Source of the DNA: Bacillota bacterium
GTDB taxonomy: Bacteria; Bacillota; DTU065
Assembly (NCBI GenBank): GCA_036721855.1
Contig: DAIMKF010000001.1
Coordinates: 67,122 to 131,121 of the forward strand
Direction: 5' to 3'
DNA: 64,000 bases
Shown piece after piece: positions 27,683 through 35,837 of the stretch. Made by a program: the position numbers and the translations under genes. How positions within the stretch are numbered: the first letter of the stretch is position 1; every line of letters begins with the position of its first letter. The notes beneath the pieces were generated by a model, which worked only from the letters and a program-made list of their open reading frames with translations, ran no database searches and was not told the origin of the DNA.

Positions 27683-28510
27683 TTAAAAACCCGTCGCATA
27701 CCCCCAGATAAAATTAGCCCGGCGCACCTGTTCACGACGGTTTAGAGGGAGGCCTAAACGGAGATGATTTTCTTTTTCCAAAAGTTGTTCTAAAGCTTCG
27801 GGGAGATTAAAGTCAAAAAGGCCGGCCTGTTTCAGTGAGGGAGCTTCCCAACTTAAAGCCACAAGAAATTCCCAAGGATAAAGGGTGGCTAAGGATTTTT
27901 TTAAGGTTGCAATACCAATCTTATCTTGATTTATTTCCACACTTCCTGTTCCTGAATAAAGCCAGAGAGTACATGTGTGCGGAGGTAATTGTTTTATTAG
28001 GGAAAAAAGAACTTGCTCCAGATCTTTTTCACTGAATCTCTTTTCAAAGGCAGGTGGATGAGGGAGTATTTTTCCCGTATAATGGCCACGACAGTAGTGA
28101 TAAATCTTTTCACCTAAATCTCCTAGACGGCCACGCAAAGTTTCAAGAGGTATTATCTGTAATGAGCCGATTGTCTTAAAGCCGGTCTCCAAAAACTCAA
28201 TCAGGACTTTGGTAGGAAGGGGCCAGAGGTAATCAAGGGGAAGTTTAAAAAAAGGCGAGGCATTTTTTAACCAAAATAGGCCGGGGCGTTTTTTGTAAAG
28301 CGCTATAGCTTTGGCAATAAGGATATTGTCGGCTACAACTAAACAACTGTTAAAAGCCTTTCCCCAATCCAGAAGCTCTTCTTGGCTGGTTGGGCCAAGG
28401 TTCAAGGCATATCCTGACAATTCTTCGGCAAAAAACGGTGTTTGGCAATACACTTGATAGCGTTTTTCTAGGCTTGGTGCAGTTAATAGATAGGCAAACA
28501 AGAAACTCAC
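27683..28510 (-). CDS. N-terminally truncated Y-family DNA polymerase-like protein (ImuB/DinB-like; lacks the catalytic palm N-terminus). It starts at a GTG with no Met anywhere else in the ORF
   Basis: Segments align to the DinB palm-end through little-finger region (NSCLVVADNILIAKAIA; LPLDYLWPLPTKVLIEFLETGFKTIGSL; LRGRLGDLGEKIYHY). The first ~100 residues with the catalytic DxD/E are absent. An in-frame stop lies immediately upstream of the GTG. Confidence 0.5.
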   Translation of the reverse strand: MSFLFAYLLTAPSLEKRYQVYCQTPFFAEELSGYALNLGPTSQEELLDWGKAFNSCLVVADNILIAKAIALYKKRPGLFWLKNASPFFKLPLDYLWPLPTKVLIEFLETGFKTIGSLQIIPLETLRGRLGDLGEKIYHYCRGHYTGKILPHPPAFEKRFSEKDLEQVLFSLIKQLPPHTCTLWLYSGTGSVEINQDKIGIATLKKSLATLYPWEFLVALSWEAPSLKQAGLFDFNLPEALEQLLEKENHLRLGLPLNRREQVRRANFIWGYATGF

Positions 28511-28517
28511 CCCATAC

Positions 28518-28531
28518 CGAACATATGTTCT
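28518..28531. promoter_or_regulatory. LexA operator (Cheo box) CGAACATATGTTCT, containing the perfect palindrome GAAC-N4-GTTC
   Basis: Matches the Firmicutes LexA consensus CGAACRNRYGTTYC. It lies 8 nt downstream of a minus-strand TATAAT and 8 nt upstream of the GTG start. Confidence 0.6.
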
Positions 28532-28539
28532 ATACCTTG

Positions 28540-28568
28540 ATTATATAGATATTTTTAGAGAAAAGCAA
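28540..28568 (-). promoter_or_regulatory. Sigma-A-type promoter (TTGCTT-N17-TATAAT on the minus strand) driving the imuB-like/dnaE2 cassette
   Basis: -10 TATAAT is the reverse complement of 28540-28545; -35 TTGCTT is the reverse complement of 28563-28568; spacer is 17 nt. Confidence 0.5.
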
Positions 28569-28903
28569 CTTTTTAAGACTGAAATTTATTACCTACTCCA
28601 GAAGTAAGGGTTAAAAAAGAAATCTCTTTGATTTGAGCCTTATCAATTGCTAGATCGACCAACTTTTAGAAGTTGCTTTGTCGATTTTGGGAAATGTTTT
28701 CAAGGTGTTTTGCTCTCAGAGTGAAGGTGGTCCCTTTTTTTATGGAAGCTTCATTGAAGTTAAAAAAACAGCGTTTTCATTTTTTATATAAGAATGGGAC
28801 CAAAGACCTAGGCGAAATAAAAAGTAACTTTTAGTTTTATGGTGAATTTAATAATAAATAGGTTTAAAAAGCCGTTCACGTATTTATGATTATTAAATAG
28901 GGC

Positions 28904-28934
28904 TAATTAATTACTGAGAAATACCAGCCGATCA
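28904..28934 (+). promoter_or_regulatory. Candidate sigma-D (sigma-28) promoter upstream of flgB: TAAT-N15-GCCGATCA
   Basis: Resembles the B. subtilis SigD consensus TAAA-N15-GCCGATAT; about 85 nt upstream of flgB. Confidence 0.3.
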
Positions 28935-29018
28935 GATATAATTTTAAGTAATTGTTAAAATTGCTTGGGTGATCTTAGGACAAACTTATCTAATCCCCAA
29001 GAAGGGTGTTGATCTAAA

Positions 29019-29420
29019 ATGCGTATCTTTGGTTATCAAGAACAAATCCAAAAAAAAGCTCTTGATCTGAGTAGCAAACGGTTTAAGCAAATTTCCAACA
29101 ACATTGCCAACGTCAATACACCTAACTATCAGGCAGAAGTTATGAATTTTGAAGAAGAACTACAAGCAGCACTAGCAAAAAAAACCGGTCTTAATTTAGT
29201 CAAGACTCACTCGGCTCATATTGCTCAAAAATCGTTTATAAAAACAGCAACTACCCTTAGACCGTCTAAAACAATAATGCGTTCAGATCAAAATAATGTT
29301 GATGTTGAACAAGAGACAGCAGCGTTGATTGAAAACTATATCTATTATTCGGGAGTTGCCGAAGGACTAAACAGTAAGTTTAGATTATTACAATCTGTTG
29401 TGCAGGGAGGTAGACAATAA
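29019..29420 (+). CDS. flgB: Flagellar basal-body rod protein FlgB
   Basis: N-terminal rod motif ISNNIANVNTPNY; first gene of the fla operon. Confidence 0.85.
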   Translation: MRIFGYQEQIQKKALDLSSKRFKQISNNIANVNTPNYQAEVMNFEEELQAALAKKTGLNLVKTHSAHIAQKSFIKTATTLRPSKTIMRSDQNNVDVEQETAALIENYIYYSGVAEGLNSKFRLLQSVVQGGRQ

Positions 29421-29836
29421 TGGGTATGTTTTCAGTTTTTAATATTAGTGCTTCCGGTTTAACTGCCGAAAGGTTAAGGATGGACATTATTTCCAACAAC
29501 ATTGCGAATGCTAATTCTACTAGAACTGAATCAGGTGGCCCATATCGCAGGGAGTTACCGGTTTTTGCGACTATTCTGGAACGAGAGCTAGCAAAAAATA
29601 CAGTAGCTAATGGTGTTAAGGTTGTAGGTATTGTTAAAGATAATTCACCTTTTAAAATGGTCTATGATCCCGGACATCCTGATAGTAATGCACAAGGATA
29701 TGTTGAGATGCCAAATGTTGAAGTGGTAAAAGAAATGGTTGATTTAATAACTGCAAGCAGGGCTTATGAAGCTAATATTGCTGTAATAAATGCTGCCAAA
29801 AATGCAGCAGCCAAAGCCCTCGAAATAGGACGTTAA
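29420..29836 (+). CDS. flgC: Flagellar basal-body rod protein FlgC
   Basis: SASGLTAERLRMDIISNNIANANST and C-terminal ...ITASRAYEAN. Confidence 0.9.
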   Translation: MGMFSVFNISASGLTAERLRMDIISNNIANANSTRTESGGPYRRELPVFATILERELAKNTVANGVKVVGIVKDNSPFKMVYDPGHPDSNAQGYVEMPNVEVVKEMVDLITASRAYEANIAVINAAKNAAAKALEIGR

Positions 29837-29851
29837 TTGAGGAGGTAGATA

Positions 29852-30142
29852 GTGGTGATTGAAAAAATTAACAACAATTTACCTTTAGCCAAAACAGCTA
29901 CTCCTCAAAAGGCATTAACTAATGCTTTTGGTAATTATCTCAAAGAAGCGCTTGAAAATGTCAATGAGACCCAGATTCAAGCTGACGATCTAAGGGTGAA
30001 GATGGCTCTTAAGGATCCTACTATTGAACTGCATGACCTTACTATAGCCGCGGAAAAGGCAGCGATAGCCTTAAACGTTACCTTAGCAATAAAGGATAGA
30101 ATTATCGAAGGATATAAAGAAATTATGAGGATGCAGGTCTGA
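29852..30142 (+). CDS. fliE: Flagellar hook-basal body protein FliE
   Basis: Size, position and conserved C-terminal region. Confidence 0.8.
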   Translation: MVIEKINNNLPLAKTATPQKALTNAFGNYLKEALENVNETQIQADDLRVKMALKDPTIELHDLTIAAEKAAIALNVTLAIKDRIIEGYKEIMRMQV

Positions 30143-30160
30143 TAAAGGAGCAAGGTTACA

Positions 30161-31708
30161 ATGAACTCATTGGCGCAGCTAAGTTCACAGACAAAAGAAT
30201 TTTGGCAAAAACTGGATAAAAAGATCAAATGGCTGGCCATTATTTTATCTGCTGCTATCTTTATAATTCTTGCAGGACTAGCTATTTTTGGTAACAAAGA
30301 AAAGTTTTCGCCACTGTTTTATGATTTAGATCCTGCTGATGCCGGCAGAATAATTGGCAAGCTTGATGAGGATAAGATCTCCTATAAACTGGAAAACGGT
30401 GGAAAAACAATCTTGGTGTCAAAAGATAAGGTGGACAGTCTTAGAATATCCTTAGCAGCATCAGGAACAGTAACTGGTGGAGTAGTTGGAAACGAGTTAT
30501 TTGATCAGACTAAATGGGGTATAACCGATTTTGAACAAAAACAAAGGTTTAAAAGGGCTCTTGAAGGTGAGTTAATTCGCAGTATAAGAACCCTAGACGA
30601 AGTCAGAGATGCTCGAGTGCATATTGTTATTCCCGACTCTTCTCCATTTTTAGATGATGAAGGTTCAGCTACGGCATCTGTCGTTTTAACTTTAGATCCC
30701 TATGCAAAGATCAACCAAGAAAAGATAAAAGGCATTGCAAATTTTATGGCTGGAGCTGTACCGGGACTGATTCCGGAAAATGTTACGGTAATGGATGCCT
30801 CCTGGAACATTTTATCTGACCCGGCTATGTTTAAAAGTAATGGCTTTGGGCAAACTACGCAACCAAACAACCAGTTAGAACTAAAAAGATCCATTGAGCG
30901 TGAGCTTGAGCTAAGACTGCAAAGCATGTTAGAAAGGATCTTTGGTTTTGGCAAAGTGGTAACCAGAGTCTCTAGTGAACTGGGATTTGATTATAAGGAA
31001 ACCAAAGCGGAAAGGTTTGAACCGGTCAGTGGCTCCAAGGGAATTGTTCGAAGTGAACAGCAAACTAAAGAAAGCCAAAGTGGCACAAGTTCACAAGCTC
31101 CCATAGGAGTTGCAGGTATAACCAGTAATATTCCCGGCTATCAAATTACTAGTGACGCTACAGATACTAGTTCGTCCGATCGAAGCGAGTCTATTATCAA
31201 CTATGAAATTTCAAAAATATCGGAATACTTTGTGGCTGCTCCGGGTAATATTTCCCGGCTCTCGGTAGCGGTTTGGCTAAATGGCGATCTTGATGAAACC
31301 ACAAAAGCAAAAGTCAGAGAAGCTATTACTGCTGCTGCCGGGCTTGATTTTAGCAGAGGAGATCAGCTAACAGTTGAAAGTATTCCTTTTGCAGTTGCAG
31401 AAGAACAAATCCCACCGACTCCTGTAAGTGGCCTAGAAGAGTTGAAGCAAAAGGCTTATTTGGCAGCCGGTTTATTGGCTTTTGTAATTATCTTGGTTGC
31501 TTATTTAAGAAGACGTGCCAAGAAGAAAAAAGAAGAAAAGGCTGTGCTTGAGATGGCTGCGGTTTCGGAAGAAGAGCAAAAATATGCTCAGCTTTTACAG
31601 AAAGAAGAGATAGAAAAAGGTTCTCTCGAACGAGAGGTCAAAGTTATGGCCCGACAAAAACCGGAAGAAATTGCCAAGGTATTGCAATCTTGGCTCATAG
31701 ATGAATAA
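30161..31708 (+). CDS. fliF: Flagellar MS-ring protein FliF
   Basis: N-terminal TM, YscJ/FliF domain, second TM and charged C-terminus. Confidence 0.9.
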   Translation: MNSLAQLSSQTKEFWQKLDKKIKWLAIILSAAIFIILAGLAIFGNKEKFSPLFYDLDPADAGRIIGKLDEDKISYKLENGGKTILVSKDKVDSLRISLAASGTVTGGVVGNELFDQTKWGITDFEQKQRFKRALEGELIRSIRTLDEVRDARVHIVIPDSSPFLDDEGSATASVVLTLDPYAKINQEKIKGIANFMAGAVPGLIPENVTVMDASWNILSDPAMFKSNGFGQTTQPNNQLELKRSIERELELRLQSMLERIFGFGKVVTRVSSELGFDYKETKAERFEPVSGSKGIVRSEQQTKESQSGTSSQAPIGVAGITSNIPGYQITSDATDTSSSDRSESIINYEISKISEYFVAAPGNISRLSVAVWLNGDLDETTKAKVREAITAAAGLDFSRGDQLTVESIPFAVAEEQIPPTPVSGLEELKQKAYLAAGLLAFVIILVAYLRRRAKKKKEEKAVLEMAAVSEEEQKYAQLLQKEEIEKGSLEREVKVMARQKPEEIAKVLQSWLIDE

Positions 31709-31725
31709 GAGGTGGGATCGGCTTA

Positions 31726-32748
31726 ATGCAACAGTATAAAAGTAGTCGTGGTGGGTTAACAGGTAGGCAAAAGGCCGCTATCCTCATGGTGACTTTAGGG
31801 CCAGAATTGTCTGCTAATATTTACAAGCATCTACGAGAAGAAGAAATAGAAGATCTTACTCTAGAAATCGCCAACATAAGGCGTGTAGAACCGGAAATAA
31901 GAGATTCTGTGTTAGCGGAATTCAAAGAAATTGCTTTAGCTCAAGAGTATATTTCAACCGGTGGCATAGAATATGCTCGTGAACTTTTAGAAAAAGCCTT
32001 TGGAGTAGGCAAAGCAGAAGAAATAATAAGAAGGCTGACTGCTTCCTTGCAAGTTCGCCCTTTCGATTTTGCCCGTAGAGCAGATCCTGCACAACTTTTT
32101 AATTTTATTCAAGGAGAACATCCCCAGACCATCTCTTTGATAATGGCCTATCTTCAACCGGAACAGGCGGCAATTATTTTATCGGCTTTGCCTCCGGAGC
32201 AGCAGGTGGAAGTAGCGATACGTTTGGCTACTATGGATAGAACTAATCCGGAGGTTTTAAACGAAGTGGAGTCTGTTTTAGAAAAAAGATTGGCTAGCTA
32301 TATCACTCAGGATTCAACTAGTGCCGGGGGGATTCAATCTACGGTAGAGATTTTAAACAGAGTGGATAGATCTACGGAAAAAACTATTATGGACTCGCTA
32401 GAGGAAACGGATCCGGAATTAGCGGAAACAATTCGTAAACGTATGTTTATCTTTGAAGATATTATTACTCTAGATGATCGTGCTATTCAAAGAATTATTC
32501 GCGAGGTGGAATCTAAAGATTGGGCACTATCTCTCAAGGGCAGCAATGATGCTGTTCAGGAGCGAATCTATAAGAATATGTCGCAAAGAGCTGCAGCTAT
32601 GTTAAAAGAAGAGATCGATTATCTTGGCCCGGTGAGACTGCGTGATGTAGAAGAGGCGCAGCAGAGAATTGTCGCTGTTATTAGAAAACTTGAAGATGCC
32701 GGCGAGATAGTTGTAAGTAGGGGCGGTGAAGATGAAATCATCGTCTAA
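31726..32748 (+). CDS. fliG: Flagellar motor switch protein FliG
   Basis: LTGRQKAAILMVTLG N-terminus and C-terminal torque helix; 340 aa. Confidence 0.9.
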   Translation: MQQYKSSRGGLTGRQKAAILMVTLGPELSANIYKHLREEEIEDLTLEIANIRRVEPEIRDSVLAEFKEIALAQEYISTGGIEYARELLEKAFGVGKAEEIIRRLTASLQVRPFDFARRADPAQLFNFIQGEHPQTISLIMAYLQPEQAAIILSALPPEQQVEVAIRLATMDRTNPEVLNEVESVLEKRLASYITQDSTSAGGIQSTVEILNRVDRSTEKTIMDSLEETDPELAETIRKRMFIFEDIITLDDRAIQRIIREVESKDWALSLKGSNDAVQERIYKNMSQRAAAMLKEEIDYLGPVRLRDVEEAQQRIVAVIRKLEDAGEIVVSRGGEDEIIV

Positions 32749-33496
32749 AAGAATTATTAAGAACAAAAATCTTGCCGCCGGTGAAGTGATTAAGATTGAT
32801 ACAACAAACGAAATTGCTGTCACCAGTGATACCTGGGAAAACTTAGCTGAGGTTAAATTAGAAGAACCGGAAATTACAACTGAAGAAGAAATTATTGAAA
32901 AAACAGACAAAGAGCTCTTAAATGAAGCTCGAATACAAGCAGCTTTATTGGTTAAAGCAGCCAGAGATGATGCCGAACAAATTAAAGAACAGGCCTTTGA
33001 AACAGGTTATCAGGAAGGTTTAGCCAAAGCTCAAAGATACTACGAAGAAAAGTTACAAATAAGTGTAAAAGCGTTTGGAAAGGCCTTAAATGATCTTGCC
33101 CTTACAAGAGAAAATGTAGTTAAGAAGGCAGAAAATGATCTGATTGAGCTTTTGACATTAATTGTCAACAGGGTTTTAAGACGTGAAATAGCTAAGGACA
33201 ATGAACTTATTCTGCGGGTTTTAAAAGAAACATTACCCTTAGTTGCTGAAACAGAAACACTTGTTCTTGAAGTAAGCCCCCAAGATTTTGAGTTAGTAGA
33301 AGCTAATAAAACGACTATGGCCTCTTTTTGCCCCAATGTAAGAGAAATAAAAGTAATAGCTTCTGATACGATAGAAACTGGAGGCCTTTTGATTCAAAGC
33401 AGTTTGGGTAATGTTGAGGCTCGTATATCTACTCAGATTGAGGTTATCTTAGAGGAATTTAATAAACTAATAGATGCAGAGTCCGAGGGTGCTTAG
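32726..33496 (+). CDS. fliH: Flagellar export regulator FliH
   Basis: Glu-rich coiled-coil protein between fliG and fliI. Confidence 0.7.
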   Translation: MKMKSSSKRIIKNKNLAAGEVIKIDTTNEIAVTSDTWENLAEVKLEEPEITTEEEIIEKTDKELLNEARIQAALLVKAARDDAEQIKEQAFETGYQEGLAKAQRYYEEKLQISVKAFGKALNDLALTRENVVKKAENDLIELLTLIVNRVLRREIAKDNELILRVLKETLPLVAETETLVLEVSPQDFELVEANKTTMASFCPNVREIKVIASDTIETGGLLIQSSLGNVEARISTQIEVILEEFNKLIDAESEGA

Positions 33497-34811
33497 CATG
33501 AAAAAATGGCAAAATTTGTATGAGGAGTTAAAAAATGTTAACCTGGTCAAAATGTTTGGGCAAATTGATCAGGTTACAGGATTAGTTATTGAATCAACAG
33601 GTCCTAAGGCTGCTCTTGGAGAGCTCTGTTTATTAGAGACAGCAAAAAAAAAGGAACCTATTTTAGCTGAAGTAGTAGGCTTTAAGGACAAGAAACTGCT
33701 TTTAATGCCTTTGGGAGAAATGACCGGAGTAGCTCCAGGTACCAAAGTAGCCGCAACAGGACAACCCCTTAAAGTGAATGTTTCGGATAAACTTCTTGGT
33801 CGAGTAGTAGATGGACTGGGAAAACCAATGGATGGTTTGGGTGAAATTGAAGCTCTAAACAGCTATCCTATTACTAATAAACCCCCTCATCCCTTAAAAA
33901 GACAGCGTATTATCGAACCTTTGCCTCTTGGTATTAAAGCAATTGATGGACTTTTAAGCTGTGGTAAAGGCCAAAGGTTAGGCATCTTTGCAGGTAGTGG
34001 AGTAGGCAAATCTACGCTTATGGGTATGATTGCCCGCAATACAGCTGCTGATATCAATGTAATCGGCTTAATTGGCGAAAGGGGACGCGAAGTACGGGAA
34101 TTCTTAGAAAAAGACCTCAAAGAAGAAGGTCTCTCACGTTCGGTAATTGTGGTATCTACATCGGATCAACCGGCTTTGACAAGGCTTAAGGCTGCTTTTG
34201 TAGCTACTACTATTGCTGAGTATTTTCGCGATCAAGGCAAAAATGTTTTATTAATGATGGACTCCATTACTAGATTTGCTATGGCTCAAAGAGAAGTCGG
34301 GCTTGCTATCGGAGAGCCACCTACAACACGTGGCTACACACCTTCGGTTTTTGCTTTACTTCCCAGATTGTTAGAAAGAGCCGGAGCTGGAGAAAAAGGC
34401 TCGATAACGGGACTTTATACTGTTTTAGTTGAAGGAGACGATCTCAACGAGCCGGTTTCCGATACAGTACGTAGTATTTTAGATGGGCATATTACTCTTT
34501 CGCGTGCTTTAGCCTCCCGAGGGCATTACCCGGCTATTGATATTCTCTCTAGTGTAAGCCGTTCTATGCCTGATATTGCTACAGATTCTCAGCAGGCTTA
34601 TGCTACTAAACTCCGTAAAGCTTTAGCCAATTACAAAGATGCTGAGGATTTAATAAATATCGGTGCTTATCAGTCAGGCAGCAATAAAGAAATAGACTAT
34701 GCTTTAGAAAAGATTGAACCTATAAGAGAATTTCTTACCCAGCAAGTTAATGAAAAACTAGATTGGACCACTACACTTTCCGAACTGGAAGCACTATTTG
34801 TCAAAGAGTGA
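33474..34811 (+). CDS. fliI: Flagellum-specific ATP synthase FliI
   Basis: GIFAGSGVGKSTLMGMI Walker A and F1/T3SS ATPase core. Confidence 0.9.
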   Translation: MQSPRVLSMKKWQNLYEELKNVNLVKMFGQIDQVTGLVIESTGPKAALGELCLLETAKKKEPILAEVVGFKDKKLLLMPLGEMTGVAPGTKVAATGQPLKVNVSDKLLGRVVDGLGKPMDGLGEIEALNSYPITNKPPHPLKRQRIIEPLPLGIKAIDGLLSCGKGQRLGIFAGSGVGKSTLMGMIARNTAADINVIGLIGERGREVREFLEKDLKEEGLSRSVIVVSTSDQPALTRLKAAFVATTIAEYFRDQGKNVLLMMDSITRFAMAQREVGLAIGEPPTTRGYTPSVFALLPRLLERAGAGEKGSITGLYTVLVEGDDLNEPVSDTVRSILDGHITLSRALASRGHYPAIDILSSVSRSMPDIATDSQQAYATKLRKALANYKDAEDLINIGAYQSGSNKEIDYALEKIEPIREFLTQQVNEKLDWTTTLSELEALFVKE

Positions 34812-35259
34812 TATTGAAATGAAGAAATTTCGTTTTAGTCTGCAAAAAGTACTTGATGTGGCTCAGACAGAAGAAAAAATAGCCTTAGAGGAGTTTGCCA
34901 AGGCACAAAAAATATTTTTAGACGAAAAAACTAAACTAAAGAGATGGCAAAAAGAGCTTGCATTACTAAGAACAAGGATCTCTCTTAAAGATATTGTGGA
35001 GTTAAAAAATCAAGGCAGTTATGGTTTAGTGCTGCAAAAACAAATAGAGTTTTCCGAGCAAAAGCTCTTAGAACTTGAAGCAGAACTGGAAAACAAAAGA
35101 CAAGTTCTTATAGAGAAGATGAAAAGAAGGCAACTCCTAGAAAATCTTAAAGGGAAAGCCTTGCTTAAATATCAAAAAGAGCTTGCGCGAGAAGAACAAC
35201 TCTTTCTGGATGAAATCGGAGTAACACGATTTGCCAGAAAAGAGGAGGAAGGTATATGA
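34798..35259 (+). CDS. fliJ: Flagellar export chaperone FliJ (coiled coil)
   Basis: 153-aa coiled-coil after fliI. Confidence 0.7.
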   Translation: MSKSDIEMKKFRFSLQKVLDVAQTEEKIALEEFAKAQKIFLDEKTKLKRWQKELALLRTRISLKDIVELKNQGSYGLVLQKQIEFSEQKLLELEAELENKRQVLIEKMKRRQLLENLKGKALLKYQKELAREEQLFLDEIGVTRFARKEEEGI

Positions 35260-35837
35260 AATGGTTCGTAGTCATTTTAGCAGTCTTATTAGCTCTAGGG
35301 GTAGGGATTTATGTTTTGTCTTTAGCTAAGGTGATCAATCCTAAAGCTTTTATACTTAATCGGCTTGAAAACTGGAATTTAACCAAGGAGCTTATTAAAA
35401 TATATAAAATAGGTCTTAAAGATCAGGAAGTTATCCAAGCCGAGCTAGATAAGCTGAAACAAATTTCAGCAGAGTTAGAAAAAAAACAACAAGAAATTGA
35501 AGCTTTAGAAAAGAATCTGGAAAAGAAAGAAAAAGACCTTGAAGGTCAAGCCTTAAAAATAGAGGCTAGCCTCTCTAGGCTACAGCAAGAAGAAGCTACC
35601 TTAAAAAAAGAGCGCTTAGATAAAGAGGCTCTTAAGGCACAAGCCCAATTATTGACAGAAATGGAAACTACGAAAGTGTTAGCTATTTTGAATACTATGT
35701 CTTTTGAAAAACAGGTAAGCCTTTTAGCACAGATGGATCCAGATACCATTACAGACATAATTGGCAGTATGGACCCTAAAAAAGCTGCTGATATACTTCC
35801 TCAAGTAAGCAAAATTATTACGATAGGAGGTGAATAG
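35256..35837 (+). CDS. YlxF-like flagellar operon protein with an N-terminal TM, a coiled coil and an MgtE_N-like C-terminus
   Basis: Position after fliJ as B. subtilis ylxF; ...MDPDTITDIIGSMDPKKAADILPQV resembles MgtE_N. Confidence 0.5.
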   Translation: MKWFVVILAVLLALGVGIYVLSLAKVINPKAFILNRLENWNLTKELIKIYKIGLKDQEVIQAELDKLKQISAELEKKQQEIEALEKNLEKKEKDLEGQALKIEASLSRLQQEEATLKKERLDKEALKAQAQLLTEMETTKVLAILNTMSFEKQVSLLAQMDPDTITDIIGSMDPKKAADILPQVSKIITIGGE

